Under the pieces are notes generated by a model. It was not told where the DNA came from. It saw only the letters and a list, made by a program, of their open reading frames with translations, and made no database searches. The translations under genes and the position numbers were made by a program. From positions 11,919-75,918 of the forward strand of contig JAAZOH010000038.1 in assembly GCA_012797845.1 (NCBI GenBank): 64,000 nucleotides of DNA, in the 5' to 3' direction. This document shows positions 60,908-64,000 of this stretch, in pieces. Each line of letters opens with the position of its first letter. The first letter of the stretch is position 1. The DNA is from Candidatus Beckwithbacteria bacterium (GTDB lineage Bacteria > Patescibacteriota > Microgenomatia > UBA1400 > UBA1449).

Positions 60908-62368
60908 ATGTTTAAGATCAAAATTTGGCAGTTTTTTCTGGCCACTTTTTTACTTACCTTCATTCTCTTTTACCCTGCTTTAAACACTTTTAACACTCAT
61001 GATGATTTTTTTCATTTCAATATTTCTCGAGCCGAAAACTTTAAAACTTTCTTAGATTTTTTCAATCCGACCAAAACTATTGATGGTTGGAATTTCTATC
61101 GGCCTCTGTCAACTCAAGCCTTTTATTTTTTAATCGCCACTGTTTTTACATACAATGCTTTTGGGGCTCATCTTCTGTTGTTTTTACTATTTTTTGCCTT
61201 GTTAGGATTAGTTTTTTTCTTTTTCAAAGAATTTACAAAGGATAAAAGTATTGCCTTTTTAGCTACTTTTTTTTACGGGATTTCAGCCAGTCACTTTGCT
61301 CATATATATTTTGTTGGCAGTCAGGAAATTATCCATGGCTTGTGTTATTTAACTGCCTTACTTTTTTGGACAAAGTTTGTTAAAAGCAGCCGACTTGTTT
61401 TTTTCTATTTTACTTTAGTAGCAACGATACTAGCTTTAACTGCTAAAGAGTTTGCAATCACCTTGCCATTTCTGATGATAGGGATTTATATATGGTTTAA
61501 CTTGCAAAAAGAAAGCAGGCTAAAATTTAAACATATTTTTTTGGCTTTAGTACCTTTGTTTATTTTAGTTGCTATTTATGGCTATATTAAAATCATATTT
61601 CAAAATCCGGCTGGCTCAGACTCATATCTTTTGTATTTTTCCCCTAGAATTTTAGCCAATAGCTTGGCTTGGTATGGTTTATGGGCGTTAAATTTACCGG
61701 AAATGTTGGTTGATTTTATCTCCTTTGATGGCTCTATCAATCCCAATCTTTGGTTATTTTGGTCAAAACAAATTATTCCAATTTTTACTTTGTTTGGCTT
61801 AAGCTTCTTAATATTAATTTGGCAGTTTATACAAGCTTGTCGTAGGCAAAAAACCCAAACACTTCATTTACTTGCTTTTTGTGTTTTAGAATTTACCATC
61901 TATCTGGCTCCAGTTCTATTTCTGCCTTGGCACAAATTTGCAATGTATCTGACTATTCCCCTCCTTTTTGTTTCCTTATTTGTTGCTCAACTATTTTCTA
62001 TACAAAACACTAAAAAAAGTTTAATAGCTACTTTCCTGATTGTTAATTTATTACTTTCCTGGAGCACATTACAGCTGACCCATCAAACTCACTGGATTAG
62101 TCAGGGGGCTCAGACTGCTAGGAAAGTTTACAATTTTATGAATCAAAACTATAAAGATAAAGCTGCAACAATTGCTTTTTATGATCAAAAAACAGATTTA
62201 GATCTACCCTGGTTACCATCACAGCAACTCAAAGTGATTTTATCTGATCAAAACTTTTTCAAGGTTTTTTATGATGGTACAATCAAAGCTCAGTATCTAA
62301 CTGTTGATGAAGTAGCCAGTTCAACGGCTGCTATTAAAATTCCGGCCCGGCAGTTTTTAGGATATTAG
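60908..62368 (+). CDS. GT-C-fold membrane glycosyltransferase
   Basis: HDDF, FYRPL, AKE, many TM helices. Confidence 0.78.
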   Translation: MFKIKIWQFFLATFLLTFILFYPALNTFNTHDDFFHFNISRAENFKTFLDFFNPTKTIDGWNFYRPLSTQAFYFLIATVFTYNAFGAHLLLFLLFFALLGLVFFFFKEFTKDKSIAFLATFFYGISASHFAHIYFVGSQEIIHGLCYLTALLFWTKFVKSSRLVFFYFTLVATILALTAKEFAITLPFLMIGIYIWFNLQKESRLKFKHIFLALVPLFILVAIYGYIKIIFQNPAGSDSYLLYFSPRILANSLAWYGLWALNLPEMLVDFISFDGSINPNLWLFWSKQIIPIFTLFGLSFLILIWQFIQACRRQKTQTLHLLAFCVLEFTIYLAPVLFLPWHKFAMYLTIPLLFVSLFVAQLFSIQNTKKSLIATFLIVNLLLSWSTLQLTHQTHWISQGAQTARKVYNFMNQNYKDKAATIAFYDQKTDLDLPWLPSQQLKVILSDQNFFKVFYDGTIKAQYLTVDEVASSTAAIKIPARQFLGY

Positions 62369-62369
62369 T

Positions 62370-63164
62370 ATGAATAATCAAGCTATTGGTATTTTTGATT
62401 CTGGGATTGGCGGACTGACTGTAGCTACCCAAATTGCTAAAGTTTTACCAAACGAATCATTAGTATATTTGGGCGATACAGCTCGAGTGCCCTATGGTAC
62501 TAGAGGATCAAGCGTTATTAAACAATTTTCAAAAGAGTTAGTTACATTTCTCCTTTCTAAAAAAGTAAAAGCATTAGTGGTAGCTTGCAATACTATTTCA
62601 GCGGTAGCTTTGGAAGATCTTTTCAAAAATTGCCCTGTGCCAATTATCGGAGTTGTCAAACCAACTGTAGCCGAAGTAATCAAAACGTCCAAAAGCAAGC
62701 GGGTTGGAGTGATTGGCACTAAAGCCACTATTGCTAGCCAAATTTATAAAAAAGAAATATATGAACTTGATCCTTTGTTTCAAGTCTACCAAGTGGCGGC
62801 ACCGATGTTGGTACCTTTAGTTGAAGAAGGTTTGCAAAATCATGGTGCTACCAAATTACTACTGCTGGAATATCTTGATCCGATTTTAGATAAAATTGAC
62901 ACTTTAGTTTTAGGTTGTACTCATTATCCACTTTTAACTCATACCATTAAAGAATTAATAAATCCTAAAATTACTATTGTTGAATCCGGTTTGCCAACTG
63001 CCAGAGCTTTGCAAGAACTTTTACAAAAAAAGCAGTTATTAGCCCAAAAAAAATCAGCACAATCCAAATTTTATTTTACTGATCTAACCGAGCAAACTAA
63101 AAAAATAGCTGGACAGTTTTTTGGCGGGCAAAAACCACAACCTATTGAGAAAATAAAACTATGA
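62370..63164 (+). CDS. murI: Glutamate racemase
   Basis: FDSGIGGLTV, PYG, ACNT, LGCTHYP. Confidence 0.97.
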   Translation: MNNQAIGIFDSGIGGLTVATQIAKVLPNESLVYLGDTARVPYGTRGSSVIKQFSKELVTFLLSKKVKALVVACNTISAVALEDLFKNCPVPIIGVVKPTVAEVIKTSKSKRVGVIGTKATIASQIYKKEIYELDPLFQVYQVAAPMLVPLVEEGLQNHGATKLLLLEYLDPILDKIDTLVLGCTHYPLLTHTIKELINPKITIVESGLPTARALQELLQKKQLLAQKKSAQSKFYFTDLTEQTKKIAGQFFGGQKPQPIEKIKL

Positions 63165-63532
63165 AAATTTACCTTGTTCACGCTAAAGATTTAGATTATC
63201 AAAAAATATTATACAAACCGATTATAGATTCTGAGCTTTGGCAAAAATATATTTGGACTCTACCCTATCTTAAATCTAACAAAACTAAACATTCCAAAGA
63301 AATTATTAAAGAAGCTGAATTGATAGTGGCTGAAGTTAGCTTACCTTCCACTGGTATGGGAATAGAGCTAGGGTGGGCAGAAATGTTTGGAAAACTGATT
63401 TTGTGTCTTCACCAAACAAGTAGCCAGCCTTCTCGCTCTTTGTACAAAATAACTGATAATTTTATTGCTTATAGTAATAGTCAGGAAATGCTTAAAAAGT
63501 TAGAAGATTTTATTTCACAAGTGCAATTATAA
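63161..63532 (+). CDS. Nucleoside 2-deoxyribosyltransferase-like protein
   Basis: AEVSLPSTGMGIELGWA. Confidence 0.8.
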   Translation: MKIYLVHAKDLDYQKILYKPIIDSELWQKYIWTLPYLKSNKTKHSKEIIKEAELIVAEVSLPSTGMGIELGWAEMFGKLILCLHQTSSQPSRSLYKITDNFIAYSNSQEMLKKLEDFISQVQL

Positions 63533-63932
63533 GTGTTCCGGCTGTCATCAAAATAGTTCCTAAAGCTACTGACCAAGTAATCTTTTCCTTTAAAAGCAGG
63601 GCTGCTAAGATAATCGTAAAAACTAGACTCATTTTGTCAATAGGTACCACCTTATTGGCATTTCCCAGCTGCAAAGCCCGAAAATAAAATAGCCATGACA
63701 TGCCTGTAGCTAATCCAGACAAGATTAAAAACAGTAGAGTATATTTGCTGATACTGCCAAGCTGTTTGTATGTGCCTTGAGCAAAGACAATGCCCCAAGC
63801 AAACAGTAAAATTACCACAGTGCGGATAGCGGTAGCTAAATTGGAATTAACGTCTTTAATACCAATTTTTGCTAAAATGGCAGTCAGGGCAGCAAAGGTT
63901 GCTGATAAAAAAGCAAAGATAAGCCAGGTCAT
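63510..63932 (-). CDS. EamA/DMT family transporter
   Basis: FAALTAILAKIG, SNLATAIRT, SWLFYFRAL, VVPIDK. Confidence 0.92.
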   Translation of the reverse strand: MTWLIFAFLSATFAALTAILAKIGIKDVNSNLATAIRTVVILLFAWGIVFAQGTYKQLGSISKYTLLFLILSGLATGMSWLFYFRALQLGNANKVVPIDKMSLVFTIILAALLLKEKITWSVALGTILMTAGTLIIALVK

Positions 63933-64000
63933 AAGATGATATTAGTATACAGAATTTTTTGGATTTAGTTTAGCCATAATGCGTTGTTTTTGATTTTGAT

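Noticed and set aside
3006-62792. Short antisense or nested ORFs in the track (e.g. 3006, 5026, 11951, 26057, 41524, 57044, 60351)
   Set aside because: They lie inside well-supported genes and show no motifs or RBS; shadow ORFs

Overview
AT-rich, compact bacterial chromosome segment read with standard code 11 (TGA ends several genes). Gene content suggests a Patescibacteria/CPR (Microgenomates-like) genome; this is an inference, because no phylogenetic marker gene lies in the window. Bases 1-8.5 kb are a decayed accessory region: HNH and replication-relaxation remnants, NERD, three divergent orphan paralogues, and a compact ATP-grasp RiPP (graspetide) locus with ligase, Thr/Asp-rich precursor and accessory gene. 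The graspetide locus is the best candidate for an undescribed system. Bases 9-23 kb hold a diverged duplication of a FecR-like + GH18 module, a MacAB-like exporter whose ATPase carries a cNMP-binding domain, and a nonsense-disrupted ABC1 kinase. Bases 23-29 kb encode surface proteins and an exosortase/archaeosortase with a plausible C-terminal target. The remainder is housekeeping, repair and scavenging (ABC-F, Fic, purA/purB, msrAB, three MFS, greA, xth, murI, Nudix, GT-C glycosyltransferases), with insertion scars and a probable leader-peptide attenuator. No rRNA, tRNA, CRISPR array, integrase or transposase was seen. Family assignments come from motif recognition by eye, not database searches.
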